64,000 nucleotides of DNA, from positions 124,001 to 188,000 of the IMG/VR virus record IMGVR_UViG_3300035703_000008. One strand, 5' to 3'. The position numbers and the translations under genes were made by a program. Positions 39,576 through 48,318 of this stretch are shown here, in pieces; positions within the stretch are counted from its first letter, which is position 1, and each line of letters starts with the position of its first letter. The notes below the pieces were generated by a model. The model was not told where the DNA came from. It did not search any database and saw nothing but the letters and a program-made list of their open reading frames with translations.

Positions 39576-39607
39576 AACAAAAAAGCCCCGAAAGGGGCTT
39601 TTTTGTT
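39576..39607. terminator. Rho-independent terminator after capsid gene (bidirectional)
   Basis: AAAAAAGCCCC-GAAA-GGGGCTTTTTT. Confidence 0.9.
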
Positions 39608-39639
39608 GATGTTTGTACAGTCTTATTCATAGATACAAA

Positions 39640-39667
39640 AACAAAACCCGCTAACGCGGGTTTTGTT
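39640..39667. terminator. Second terminator hairpin (likely for the converging minus-strand gene)
   Basis: AACAAAACCCGC-TAAC-GCGGGTTTTGTT. Confidence 0.8.
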
Positions 39668-39682
39668 GATTAAATGTAGAAT

Positions 39683-40075
39683 TTAATTGGAATCGATTAA
39701 CGATCTCAAAGTTTGGTTATCTAATGATTCTAAATTTAAATCTGAATTGTGAAGATGCTGATATGTTGCACGAAGTTGACGAAACAGTAATTCTTTTGGA
39801 TGAGAAGAAATTGGAGTCACAAATCCTAAATCAAGATCTTCTCTACTTTGATAGATTTTAGTTACCACATTGCCGTTGACAGTGACTTGTAGTTTTTCTT
39901 GAGAAATAAGAAGTTCATTTTGGGCAACTAAACTTTGCTCCATTGCTAGAAAGTCAGTGAGATCTTCGGGATTTGTGACGTTAGCTTCTAGCCAAGCGAC
40001 AAAATTGTAAGGCTCACCGGTGTCAATAACACAAGTGATTGTTCCGTCTTGATTCTGAGTTGAAGTAAAAGCCAT
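39683..40075 (-). CDS. Hypothetical protein
   Basis: 130 aa; own TAAATA (40098-40103) and AAGGA SD; AT-rich. Confidence 0.7.
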   Translation of the reverse strand: MAFTSTQNQDGTITCVIDTGEPYNFVAWLEANVTNPEDLTDFLAMEQSLVAQNELLISQEKLQVTVNGNVVTKIYQSREDLDLGFVTPISSHPKELLFRQLRATYQHLHNSDLNLESLDNQTLRSLIDSN

Positions 40076-40128
40076 GGTGGTTTCCTTTTGTTGTGTTTAT
40101 TTATGTTTGATACTGAGTAAATAGATGT

Positions 40129-40734
40129 ATGACATCATTTTTCACTCCTCCGGGATATTCTGGCACAGCTGAACTCACAGCTTCTAGTGGGCTTGAAATA
40201 GTAAATCAAGGTCTTTGGAAATTTAGTCAATCTGGTTACAACGACGGAGCTACATTTGGTCTCAGTCTCACCCATCCTAAGCCGTTGTCGGGCGGAACAC
40301 TTTCTTTATCGGCACAGGCATGGACTATATCCACAGTGGGCAACGATCTCACATCTTACACTGATATCAGTACTGGTATTACATATCCTGCGGATCAATG
40401 CCAGATCTCAATCACAGGTAAATGGGTGGTGAAGCGGACTCCTAATTCTAATTCTTTCAACGGTGTAGGAGTGATCTATACCGGGTCAACGGTGACAGAT
40501 CTTGGATCTAGAGATATGACCACGTATCTACTAGATTTTGAAAGTAGATCAGCCACATATGTGATACAAGGGTCAGGGGTAACCGGCGGTGCCCAAGATA
40601 CTTTTTCTAATCGAGTGTTTTCGTGCGTAGTCGAAGAGTCAGCCAGCACAGACAATAGTAATCGCGAGTTTCAGTCAAACAGCACGGTAAGACCGGTATG
40701 GGTATACAGTTTCCGTAAAAGTTGGCAAATTTAA
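40129..40734 (+). CDS. Hypothetical Ser/Thr/Gly-rich protein (possibly virion)
   Basis: 201 aa; TAAATA (40118-40123) 5 nt before ATG. Confidence 0.7.
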   Translation: MTSFFTPPGYSGTAELTASSGLEIVNQGLWKFSQSGYNDGATFGLSLTHPKPLSGGTLSLSAQAWTISTVGNDLTSYTDISTGITYPADQCQISITGKWVVKRTPNSNSFNGVGVIYTGSTVTDLGSRDMTTYLLDFESRSATYVIQGSGVTGGAQDTFSNRVFSCVVEESASTDNSNREFQSNSTVRPVWVYSFRKSWQI

Positions 40735-41072
40735 TCGCTGAATGCTGAACGAAACTTTTGCCAAAATTCTAGATAGATTGTGTTGCGACTCTCAGGGATG
40801 GTATCACACCACTGATCGTGAATTTCCGTTGACTTCCAATTGATAATCGGACCGTCCTCGGTAAATTCTTTCCAGGCATCCCCGGCTGCCATAGCATCAG
40901 CTACCATTTTTTCATGTTCGAGATGAACCTCTTGCCAGAGATCTTGCTCCTCCTGCGGCAAAGTCTTCATCCAGACATTTATTTCAATGGGACGACCTGA
41001 CTCGTCTTTGGGCCATTTAACGGTTATTTTTCGATGGTTGTCGTTGTGTTGCAAATTTACTATGTCTGACAT
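40731..41072 (-). CDS. Hypothetical protein
   Basis: 113 aa; TAAATA (41078-41083) 5 nt before ATG. Confidence 0.7.
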   Translation of the reverse strand: MSDIVNLQHNDNHRKITVKWPKDESGRPIEINVWMKTLPQEEQDLWQEVHLEHEKMVADAMAAGDAWKEFTEDGPIINWKSTEIHDQWCDTIPESRNTIYLEFWQKFRSAFSD

Positions 41073-41208
41073 AAAAATATTTATTCCTGGATTATTTTTC
41101 GTAAATCTATGTTAAATACTATCAACGTATTCTGCGTTTTATGCGGCGATTAATACCCACCGCGTACCGGATAGAACCCGGATCGGACTTCTTTTAAGGA
41201 GAAAACAA

Positions 41209-41724
41209 ATGGGACGTCCTCTCAAGATCAAGAAAACTACAACCAAAGATGTTGGTTTTAACAGCTTTGACCAGCTAGAAAACCCAGTTTACCCGGCCAC
41301 TCTCAACACTACCCAGTTCTTGGGTGTAGTAGGTGGCGCCAACGCTTCTGTGGCCACTACCAGCTATCCAGTGGTCAAGTGCCAGGTTTTTGGCGCCGGC
41401 GAAAGCGCCGAAGAAGCAGGCTACATCATCCGCCAAAAAGGTTCTACCACATATCTGGTGTATGGTCAGACTTCGGGCAACACCTTCCAGTGCATCTTGG
41501 CCAATCAAGCCACTGGAAACCTCACAGCCGGCAACATGAACATCGCTATTTTTGCCGGCGACAGTTCTGATATCCTTGTCAAGAAGCTCACAAACAAATG
41601 GGCCTTAGACTACAGCGACAATCGTTATGTGATCAACTTCTTCAGCGACGAAGGAACTGAGATCAAATCGGGAACACGCGGCAACACCAACCCCCTCGCG
41701 ATCACAGAAAACTATACTTCTTAA
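41209..41724 (+). CDS. Virion structural protein (head decoration-like candidate)
   Basis: MGRPLKIKK start, GYIIRQKG...YLV; strong TAAGGAG SD; TAAATA 41113-41118. Confidence 0.6.
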   Translation: MGRPLKIKKTTTKDVGFNSFDQLENPVYPATLNTTQFLGVVGGANASVATTSYPVVKCQVFGAGESAEEAGYIIRQKGSTTYLVYGQTSGNTFQCILANQATGNLTAGNMNIAIFAGDSSDILVKKLTNKWALDYSDNRYVINFFSDEGTEIKSGTRGNTNPLAITENYTS

Positions 41725-41738
41725 ATATCGCAGGCTCT

Positions 41739-41774
41739 GGATCCTCCTTGCGCTACATACAAGGAGGATTTTTT
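41739..41774 (+). terminator. Terminator-like hairpin that also sequesters the next gene's SD
   Basis: ATCCTCCTTG(41741-50)/CAAGGAGGAT(41760-69) perfect 10-bp stem, T tract, then ATG 41775. Confidence 0.7.
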
Positions 41775-42383
41775 ATGACCGCATTTGTTCTTGGCAATGG
41801 TGTTAGTCGTAGGGGCATTGATGTCCACGATCTCTTACGGCATGGTGCTGTGTACGGCTGCAATGCCCTTTATCGTACAAGCACCCCCACGGTATTGGTA
41901 GCTACAGATCGACCCATCAGCGAAGAAATACAAGCATCGGGCTATGCAAAAAACAATCGGTTTTACACTCGCAGGCCCTTGCCAGGCACAGGGGCGCAGA
42001 AGGTTCCTGACTGCTATCGAGGATTCAGTTCAGGTCCCATTGCTGCTGGACTGGCAGCCATGGATCGACACAATCCTGTGATCTTGTTGGGTTTTGATCT
42101 TGGGCCCGATGCTGACGGTAGATTCAACAATGTCTATGCTGACACGGATTTTTACAAAAAAACCGGCGATCTCCCCACCTTCACAGGTAACTGGGTGCGT
42201 CAGCTGATCACGGTGGCACGGGACCATCCCGGTCAGAGATTCGTACGAGTTCATGGTGATACCACTGCGCGTGTCGCAGACTTTGATGCAGTACCAAACT
42301 GGTTGACAATGCCTATCTCTGACTTGATTTTGCTAATAAATAAGGGCAAAGGATCTCTGGATGAATACCTACAAAAACGTTAG
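41775..42383 (+). CDS. DUF115/Maf-like (GT-A-related) nucleotide-binding protein
   Basis: AFVLGNG.SR, YGCNALYR, LVATD, SSGP.A..LA, LLGFD. Confidence 0.6.
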   Translation: MTAFVLGNGVSRRGIDVHDLLRHGAVYGCNALYRTSTPTVLVATDRPISEEIQASGYAKNNRFYTRRPLPGTGAQKVPDCYRGFSSGPIAAGLAAMDRHNPVILLGFDLGPDADGRFNNVYADTDFYKKTGDLPTFTGNWVRQLITVARDHPGQRFVRVHGDTTARVADFDAVPNWLTMPISDLILLINKGKGSLDEYLQKR

Positions 42384-42990
42384 CGGCGACTACATCATCA
42401 CTGTAGACAGTGGCGATGGAAATGTGATCATCAACGGCAACCTCAATGTAGAAGGAAACGTGACCTACATTGAGACCACTGAACTCAAAGTTGATGATCC
42501 TTTTATTCTGGTAGCTGCACACAATATAGGTCCTAATGAAGCTAACGCTCTTTTCTTTAGTCAAGGACTGGTTACTAAAACATCTAGTTCAACCTATGCT
42601 GGACTGAGATTTGACAACGACTCATTGACCTGGCAGATCAGCCCCAATGTCAACGAAGATGGCAGCGAGATCACTGCCTATCAGACCATCGGTGTAGCTA
42701 CGGCTGGCAGCGTAGGCGGTCCTCTCTATAGTATCCAGATCCACGATGCAGGGAATGTATTTGGCGGTTATTCTGATTTTTCTTATGATTACGCCAACGA
42801 TCGAGTTACCCTACAAGGGCATCTCTCGTTTGGAAATGTAGGTACAGCGCCACCTGCCACGGCCAACACTGTGGCTCTTTATCACAATCAACAAGGTAGT
42901 GGAGGTACTGGACTTTATGTCAAGAGCTCTATTACCGAAGACGAGTTGGTCAGCAAGAGTGCGGCCATCGTGTTTTCAATCATTTTTTAA
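42361..42990 (+). CDS. Tail fibre-associated structural protein
   Basis: GNLNVEGNVT.....L.VDDP.I.V motif shared with the N-terminus of the 2119-aa fibre; TAAATA 42337-42342. Confidence 0.7.
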   Translation: MNTYKNVSGDYIITVDSGDGNVIINGNLNVEGNVTYIETTELKVDDPFILVAAHNIGPNEANALFFSQGLVTKTSSSTYAGLRFDNDSLTWQISPNVNEDGSEITAYQTIGVATAGSVGGPLYSIQIHDAGNVFGGYSDFSYDYANDRVTLQGHLSFGNVGTAPPATANTVALYHNQQGSGGTGLYVKSSITEDELVSKSAAIVFSIIF

Positions 42991-42999
42991 GGAAGTATC

Positions 43000-43329
43000 A
43001 TGCCAATCGCAACAGCCAGTGTGACTACCAGTGCCGGAAACGTGTATGTGAGTTCGGGCAACACGGCCATCACATTTATGAGCATATGTAACTATGCTGC
43101 CTCTAACGTGTCGGTAGACATACATGCAGTGCCAGCTGGAGATACAGCTGGCAATGACAACGTGATCATCACAGGCCTTGAGCTTAATGCTGCCGGCAAC
43201 GGCAGCGGAGACACCTATCAGCTCTATTCCGGCGGTGAAAAACTGCTGCTAGGCAACAATGACACCATACAGATCGCAGCCAGCGCAGGTAATTCCGTGA
43301 CCGTGGTCACCAGTTACACCACTATCTAA
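43000..43329 (+). CDS. Small virion structural protein
   Basis: 109 aa, beta-rich, EKLLL..NDTI; in fibre operon. Confidence 0.65.
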   Translation: MPIATASVTTSAGNVYVSSGNTAITFMSICNYAASNVSVDIHAVPAGDTAGNDNVIITGLELNAAGNGSGDTYQLYSGGEKLLLGNNDTIQIAASAGNSVTVVTSYTTI

Positions 43330-43727
43330 TGGGCTATTTTGTTAAAAATCGTAGGCTGCAATCGGGATCGTCGGGCGTTCTTTTGCCTTACGGACCCAGC
43401 TCGAGTCGTCCTGACAGCCCTGTATTTGGTCTCACGCGATTCAACACCGAGCTTGGTGCCATTGAATTCTTTGACGGGATACAGTTTGTGCAACTGGGCG
43501 AGAGCGGTGCTATCAACTACACAGTGGATGCCTTTACCGGTGATGGAAGCACTGTTAGTTTTAACATGAGCGTGGCTGAATCCCAGGCAACGCAGATCAT
43601 TGTGTTTGTGGGATCAATCTATCAAACTCCCGGTGTTGCCTACACTGTAAACGGAACTATCACTATCACATTCACATCTGCACCGCCTTCGGGTGAGCCT
43701 ATATCCGTTATCCATAGCGATAGTTGA
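43329..43727 (+). CDS. Small fibre-associated protein
   Basis: P.G....RP.....G..RFN......EF.DG and FTGDG....F...V.V...YQ.P...Y...ITF..AP..G..I modules also present in both large fibres. Confidence 0.7.
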   Translation: MGYFVKNRRLQSGSSGVLLPYGPSSSRPDSPVFGLTRFNTELGAIEFFDGIQFVQLGESGAINYTVDAFTGDGSTVSFNMSVAESQATQIIVFVGSIYQTPGVAYTVNGTITITFTSAPPSGEPISVIHSDS

Positions 43728-43756
43728 TCCCATAAATAAGGGATAAAGGGCCGCTG

Positions 43757-45835
43757 ATGTCAATCAACAAAATTTCAGGAAATATACTGCAGGACAATCT
43801 GCAGCGTGGATCTAATCTCACTTTCCAGACTGATCTTTTGGTCGTTGATGTGGTCAATCAACGGATTGGTGTAAACACTGCTGCTACTACCCATGTTCTC
43901 ACCGTGGGTGGAAATATTTCAGCCGGCAACATCGATGCAGCCAATGTTGTTGTCATTGACGGAGTGTTTGCTAACACCGTCAACATTGTTGGTAATTCGG
44001 TGTTTGACGGTGTTACGATATCGGGCAACTCTATATCGGCTGCATCAGGACGCCTTGAACTTGGCAGTGCAGCCAACATCGAAATACTGGGCGGAAGCCT
44101 AGGATTTGTTCTTACCACAGACGGAGCTGGAAATCTTGATTGGACCAGCACATCTAACATCACTGGCGTGCTGGGTAATCTAGTAGATCTTGGCACACCA
44201 TCGGCGGGAAATCTCGTCAGTAATGCAGTAACTTTGACAGCGAATACATCAGTGACCGACGGCATAGCACAACTCAACGTGATACTCGGCAAGCTGGTAC
44301 CTCCAGCTCCACCAGCCTTTCCTGGATCAAGTTCCCTTTCGATTACTACATCTACCACATCGGCTCGCATGTGTTTGGGGTTTACTCAACCTGACAACAC
44401 GCCTGGCGCCAACAAAGCAGTAGCAGCTGGTACTTTGGTGTCGGTGATACGTGGCAGTTCTTATTCAACCAATACTATTTCCAATACCGGACCAGGAGAT
44501 TCAGGCACATTGACCCTGTACCTCAATGGCACAGGTGCTGGCAATGTTACCTTCAACTCGGGAGCTAATCCCACTGCCAATGGTACCTACAGCAACCTTG
44601 TAGTCACCAACAACTATGACTACAACGTGGCCAATGCCAACATCGCTTCAGGTTTCTGGTATGTGTTTTCAGCTCGCGGCGCAGGCACAGTGACTTCGGG
44701 CTGGAACGAAGTTGGAATGACTCACAGCGGTGCTGGGTCAACAAATACGCCATCCTGGTATTATGACAACTCTACTGTGGCAGCCCCACAGTTTACAAAC
44801 ACCTCGATAGCTCCAACTTCCAACAGTTTCAGCTATACCAGCACCATACCGCACTACACTTCGAGTACTCAGTTTACCATTGGGTTTGACGTGAATCGCC
44901 TGTCAGCGAACATGTATCCCAATTCCAACAATCTCACATCAACCACCGCAGCAGGAGGTAGTTTTGCTGCCCCGGCCGCGATAACCTATGCTGCAGCCGG
45001 CATATCCACGCCCTTGGCACAGAATCTCTATGCCAACACCGGAGCAGTTACAGCTTCGACAACCGTGTCCGTCACTACCGGGTTTGGATCTAGCAGCACA
45101 GGGCCTTCGATATCGGTGACCAATAGCTACAACACCGGATCAAATACCTTCAGTCCCGGTGCAACAGTGCTGAGAAAAACAGGTACAGCCACAGCCGTTG
45201 ACGAAGGCAACGTGGTGGTCACTAATGTGGGAACTGGATCAGGCAACGCCGTGCGTATAGCGAACCCAGGCAGTGGAAACACGCCGGCTTACACAGCCAG
45301 CGCTACCGCATTTGACAGTCAAAACGGCCCTTTGCAGACCTATGATGCTGTGGTGGTTGGATCAGGCAGCCAAGGTGTGCTGAGACATGACCAGACCAAT
45401 TACAGTACAGGATATCTTCCTGTGGGCCCTGATCTGTCTGTGGGACGCAGTGGCACACAGTATTTCACCATCAAGTTTGTTCGCACCGATGTCAGCAAGT
45501 TTGACATACGCTATTCGGGCAACGTGGCCGGAATGTGGGTGGCCCTTCCTGGATCAGCCATAGATTCGAGCTCGGGCGCCAATGGCTGGATAGACATGAC
45601 TGTGGCCTATGCTGGCAGTGGATACCCTGGCGTGAACGCACCCGGCAACGGCAGCGATGGTTGCAGCCTAGGTGGTGTTGTACAAGTGAATACCACGGTG
45701 GCCAATGCCAGCAAGACCTGTACGTTTGGTACAGTGTCTAGTTCCGGCACAGCTACCAATGAAATCTATGTGAGAATCGCACTCACATCCGGTCAGAGTG
45801 TCACGGCTCTGTCATTACAACAGGCGACTAACTGA
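43757..45835 (+). CDS. Virion structural/tail fibre protein
   Basis: 692 aa, S/T/G/N-rich; TAAATA 43733-43738. Confidence 0.7.
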   Translation: MSINKISGNILQDNLQRGSNLTFQTDLLVVDVVNQRIGVNTAATTHVLTVGGNISAGNIDAANVVVIDGVFANTVNIVGNSVFDGVTISGNSISAASGRLELGSAANIEILGGSLGFVLTTDGAGNLDWTSTSNITGVLGNLVDLGTPSAGNLVSNAVTLTANTSVTDGIAQLNVILGKLVPPAPPAFPGSSSLSITTSTTSARMCLGFTQPDNTPGANKAVAAGTLVSVIRGSSYSTNTISNTGPGDSGTLTLYLNGTGAGNVTFNSGANPTANGTYSNLVVTNNYDYNVANANIASGFWYVFSARGAGTVTSGWNEVGMTHSGAGSTNTPSWYYDNSTVAAPQFTNTSIAPTSNSFSYTSTIPHYTSSTQFTIGFDVNRLSANMYPNSNNLTSTTAAGGSFAAPAAITYAAAGISTPLAQNLYANTGAVTASTTVSVTTGFGSSSTGPSISVTNSYNTGSNTFSPGATVLRKTGTATAVDEGNVVVTNVGTGSGNAVRIANPGSGNTPAYTASATAFDSQNGPLQTYDAVVVGSGSQGVLRHDQTNYSTGYLPVGPDLSVGRSGTQYFTIKFVRTDVSKFDIRYSGNVAGMWVALPGSAIDSSSGANGWIDMTVAYAGSGYPGVNAPGNGSDGCSLGGVVQVNTTVANASKTCTFGTVSSSGTATNEIYVRIALTSGQSVTALSLQQATN

Positions 45836-48162
45836 TGGCCGTATCTCTAGCTCAATACGTTGATCTGCTGTTCAAGAAGCTGCAAGGTGTAGCCAAAACA
45901 GCCAATGCCACGGTCAAAGGAGCCAGCAACGAAAGCATCGCCAGTCCCCCGCTGCTGCGTGGCGACATCATTTGGATGGACAGCGATCAGATACCTGGAA
46001 CAGCACAGGCATTGGCCAATATCGCACAAGCCTACACCGGAGCCAATGCTGTCGAATGCGTGGCCGACACTACGGTACCGCCCATTGGTGGAGTGAGACC
46101 AACTTGGTTGACAAATCTTGACTATTGGATACCTCAAGAGTTTGGATCCACATGGCTGCCCAAGATCTATGTTGATAGTCCGGGTGTGGCCAACGTTGAA
46201 GCCACGGGCACTCAGATTTTTGCAGCAGGTATTGGTGGTGCCGGCGAGTACTACTTTGACACACAAGCTGGTGTGCTCAATTTCATTGGTGAGACCATAC
46301 CTTCTACCTTGACCTCGGGCAAGGTGATCTATGTGTCGGGTTACCGATATGTGGGCGCAGTGGGCATCAACAGTGGATCCGGTAATGTCAATCTAGCTAA
46401 CCTGCGTGTGGCCAACACCACGATCACCACCGATGGCACGATTGGTAACATCGTGCTTGAGCCCACAGGCAACGGTATAGCAATCATTGACACCACCACA
46501 GGACTCCTGGTACCTGTGGGTAACACAGCTCAACAACCTGTGCCGGCCAGTACAGGAACCATACGATTCAATTCAGAAACAGTGGTCTTGGAAGTCTATG
46601 ACGGCAACAGCTGGGTGCCTGCTGGCGGATCGACATTTAATATCAGCAATCAGACCATCAATCCCGACGGCATCACGGATACTTTTGTTTTGAATTATGA
46701 TGCCACTGACGACACGGTATTGGTCACCATCAACGGCATCATGCAGACACCGGCAGTGTCATACAGCATCACTGGTAATTCGATCACATTTGCTGAGATA
46801 CCCGAACCCACAGACACGGTACAAATAAGATATATCTCGGCCACTGAAACTGTGACGTTTATTGACAATGTGTCGGGCAATGCTTTGGTTCGTACAGAAA
46901 CATCCGGGGATGTCACGATACTTTCTACAGGAACCATTGACCTCACGGGCAACCTACTGCCATCGGCCAACATCACGTATTCCTTGGGCAACACTGATCT
47001 GCGTTGGAGCGATCTCTGGCTGTCGGGCAACACCCTGGTGCTTGGCAATATCGTGGTCAAAAATACCACGGGCAATGTCATTGGGTTTTTTGGTCCCGAT
47101 GGCGTTACCCCAGCCACACTTGATGCCAATGCCGAAATCGTCAGCGATGCCATAGCCAGCGGTACCAGCGAGATTGACTTTGCTGCACCCAACGGTAACA
47201 TACAAGCTACTGTGGGCGGATCCACAGTGGCAGTGATATCAACGTCGGGCATCACGATCACCGGTGATATCACTGCTGGAAACTATGTTGGGAACGGTAG
47301 CCAACTCACTGATATAGTAGTCAGCTCTGTACCAGCAGCCAATGTCATTGGCCTGGCCAATGTGGCAACCTCTGGCGACTACACCGATCTTATCAATACG
47401 CCCACGATACCCACTCACACGTCAAATCTCGTCAATGATTCGGGATTTATAACCACAGCCACTGCCAATGTGATATCTGTGAATGGTCAGTCAGGTGTGG
47501 TCACTATTGCCACTTATGGCAACACTGATGTAGCCAACTATCTGCCCACGTATTCAGGAAACATTGGCGGAACGTTGACCACAGCCGGTCAGCCCAATAT
47601 CACTGCTGTGGGTACGTTGGGGTCGTTGACAGTGACTGGCAATATCACCGGCGGTAACATGTCAGTGTCAACGGGTTCGATCACTGTGGGCAATGTCATC
47701 AATGCCAACGGTAACGGTGTGGGAAATATTGGATCGAGCTCTAATTATTTTGACACCATATTTGCACGAGCCACATCTGCACAATATGCCGACGTGGCAG
47801 AAAAATTCATCAGCGATCAGGTGTATTCACCAGGCACTGTGTTAGTGTTTGGTGGATCCCAGCAAGTCACACTATGTGATCGTTACGCCGATCCCAGGGC
47901 CGCTGGCATAGTTTCCACTGATCCAGCCTATCTCATGAATAGCGGAGCATCCGGAATCACAGTGGATCTAGCACTTACCGGTCAGGTCCCTTGTTTGGTA
48001 GTGGGCCCTGTGAGCAAAGGCGATATCCTGACCACTTCAGACTTGCCAGGGTATGCATGCCGATTGGAGTCTGAGCACTGGCGCCCGGGCGTGATCATAG
48101 GCAAAGCTCTGGAAAGCTGCAGAAGCGGACATCATCGTATATTGGTATTTGTTTGTCGATGA
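45835..48162 (+). CDS. Tail fibre protein with C-terminal intramolecular chaperone (peptidase G2-like) domain
   Basis: ATSAQYADVAEKF...PGTV..GIVST.PAYLMN...ALTGQVPC.V.G...KGD...IGKALE. Confidence 0.75.
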   Translation: MAVSLAQYVDLLFKKLQGVAKTANATVKGASNESIASPPLLRGDIIWMDSDQIPGTAQALANIAQAYTGANAVECVADTTVPPIGGVRPTWLTNLDYWIPQEFGSTWLPKIYVDSPGVANVEATGTQIFAAGIGGAGEYYFDTQAGVLNFIGETIPSTLTSGKVIYVSGYRYVGAVGINSGSGNVNLANLRVANTTITTDGTIGNIVLEPTGNGIAIIDTTTGLLVPVGNTAQQPVPASTGTIRFNSETVVLEVYDGNSWVPAGGSTFNISNQTINPDGITDTFVLNYDATDDTVLVTINGIMQTPAVSYSITGNSITFAEIPEPTDTVQIRYISATETVTFIDNVSGNALVRTETSGDVTILSTGTIDLTGNLLPSANITYSLGNTDLRWSDLWLSGNTLVLGNIVVKNTTGNVIGFFGPDGVTPATLDANAEIVSDAIASGTSEIDFAAPNGNIQATVGGSTVAVISTSGITITGDITAGNYVGNGSQLTDIVVSSVPAANVIGLANVATSGDYTDLINTPTIPTHTSNLVNDSGFITTATANVISVNGQSGVVTIATYGNTDVANYLPTYSGNIGGTLTTAGQPNITAVGTLGSLTVTGNITGGNMSVSTGSITVGNVINANGNGVGNIGSSSNYFDTIFARATSAQYADVAEKFISDQVYSPGTVLVFGGSQQVTLCDRYADPRAAGIVSTDPAYLMNSGASGITVDLALTGQVPCLVVGPVSKGDILTTSDLPGYACRLESEHWRPGVIIGKALESCRSGHHRILVFVCR

Positions 48163-48318
48163 TTTTGCTGACCTGACTAAATAAAAACACAACATCAACG
48201 GTCGCAACGACCAAGCGTTCTCCCAAAAAATCCACTCTGTCTTTTTGCCAGGCACGAAGACTGATTTCCTATGATTTCGGTAAATATGCTGGATGCCCAT
48301 GGGGCGGGAGACTAAAAA

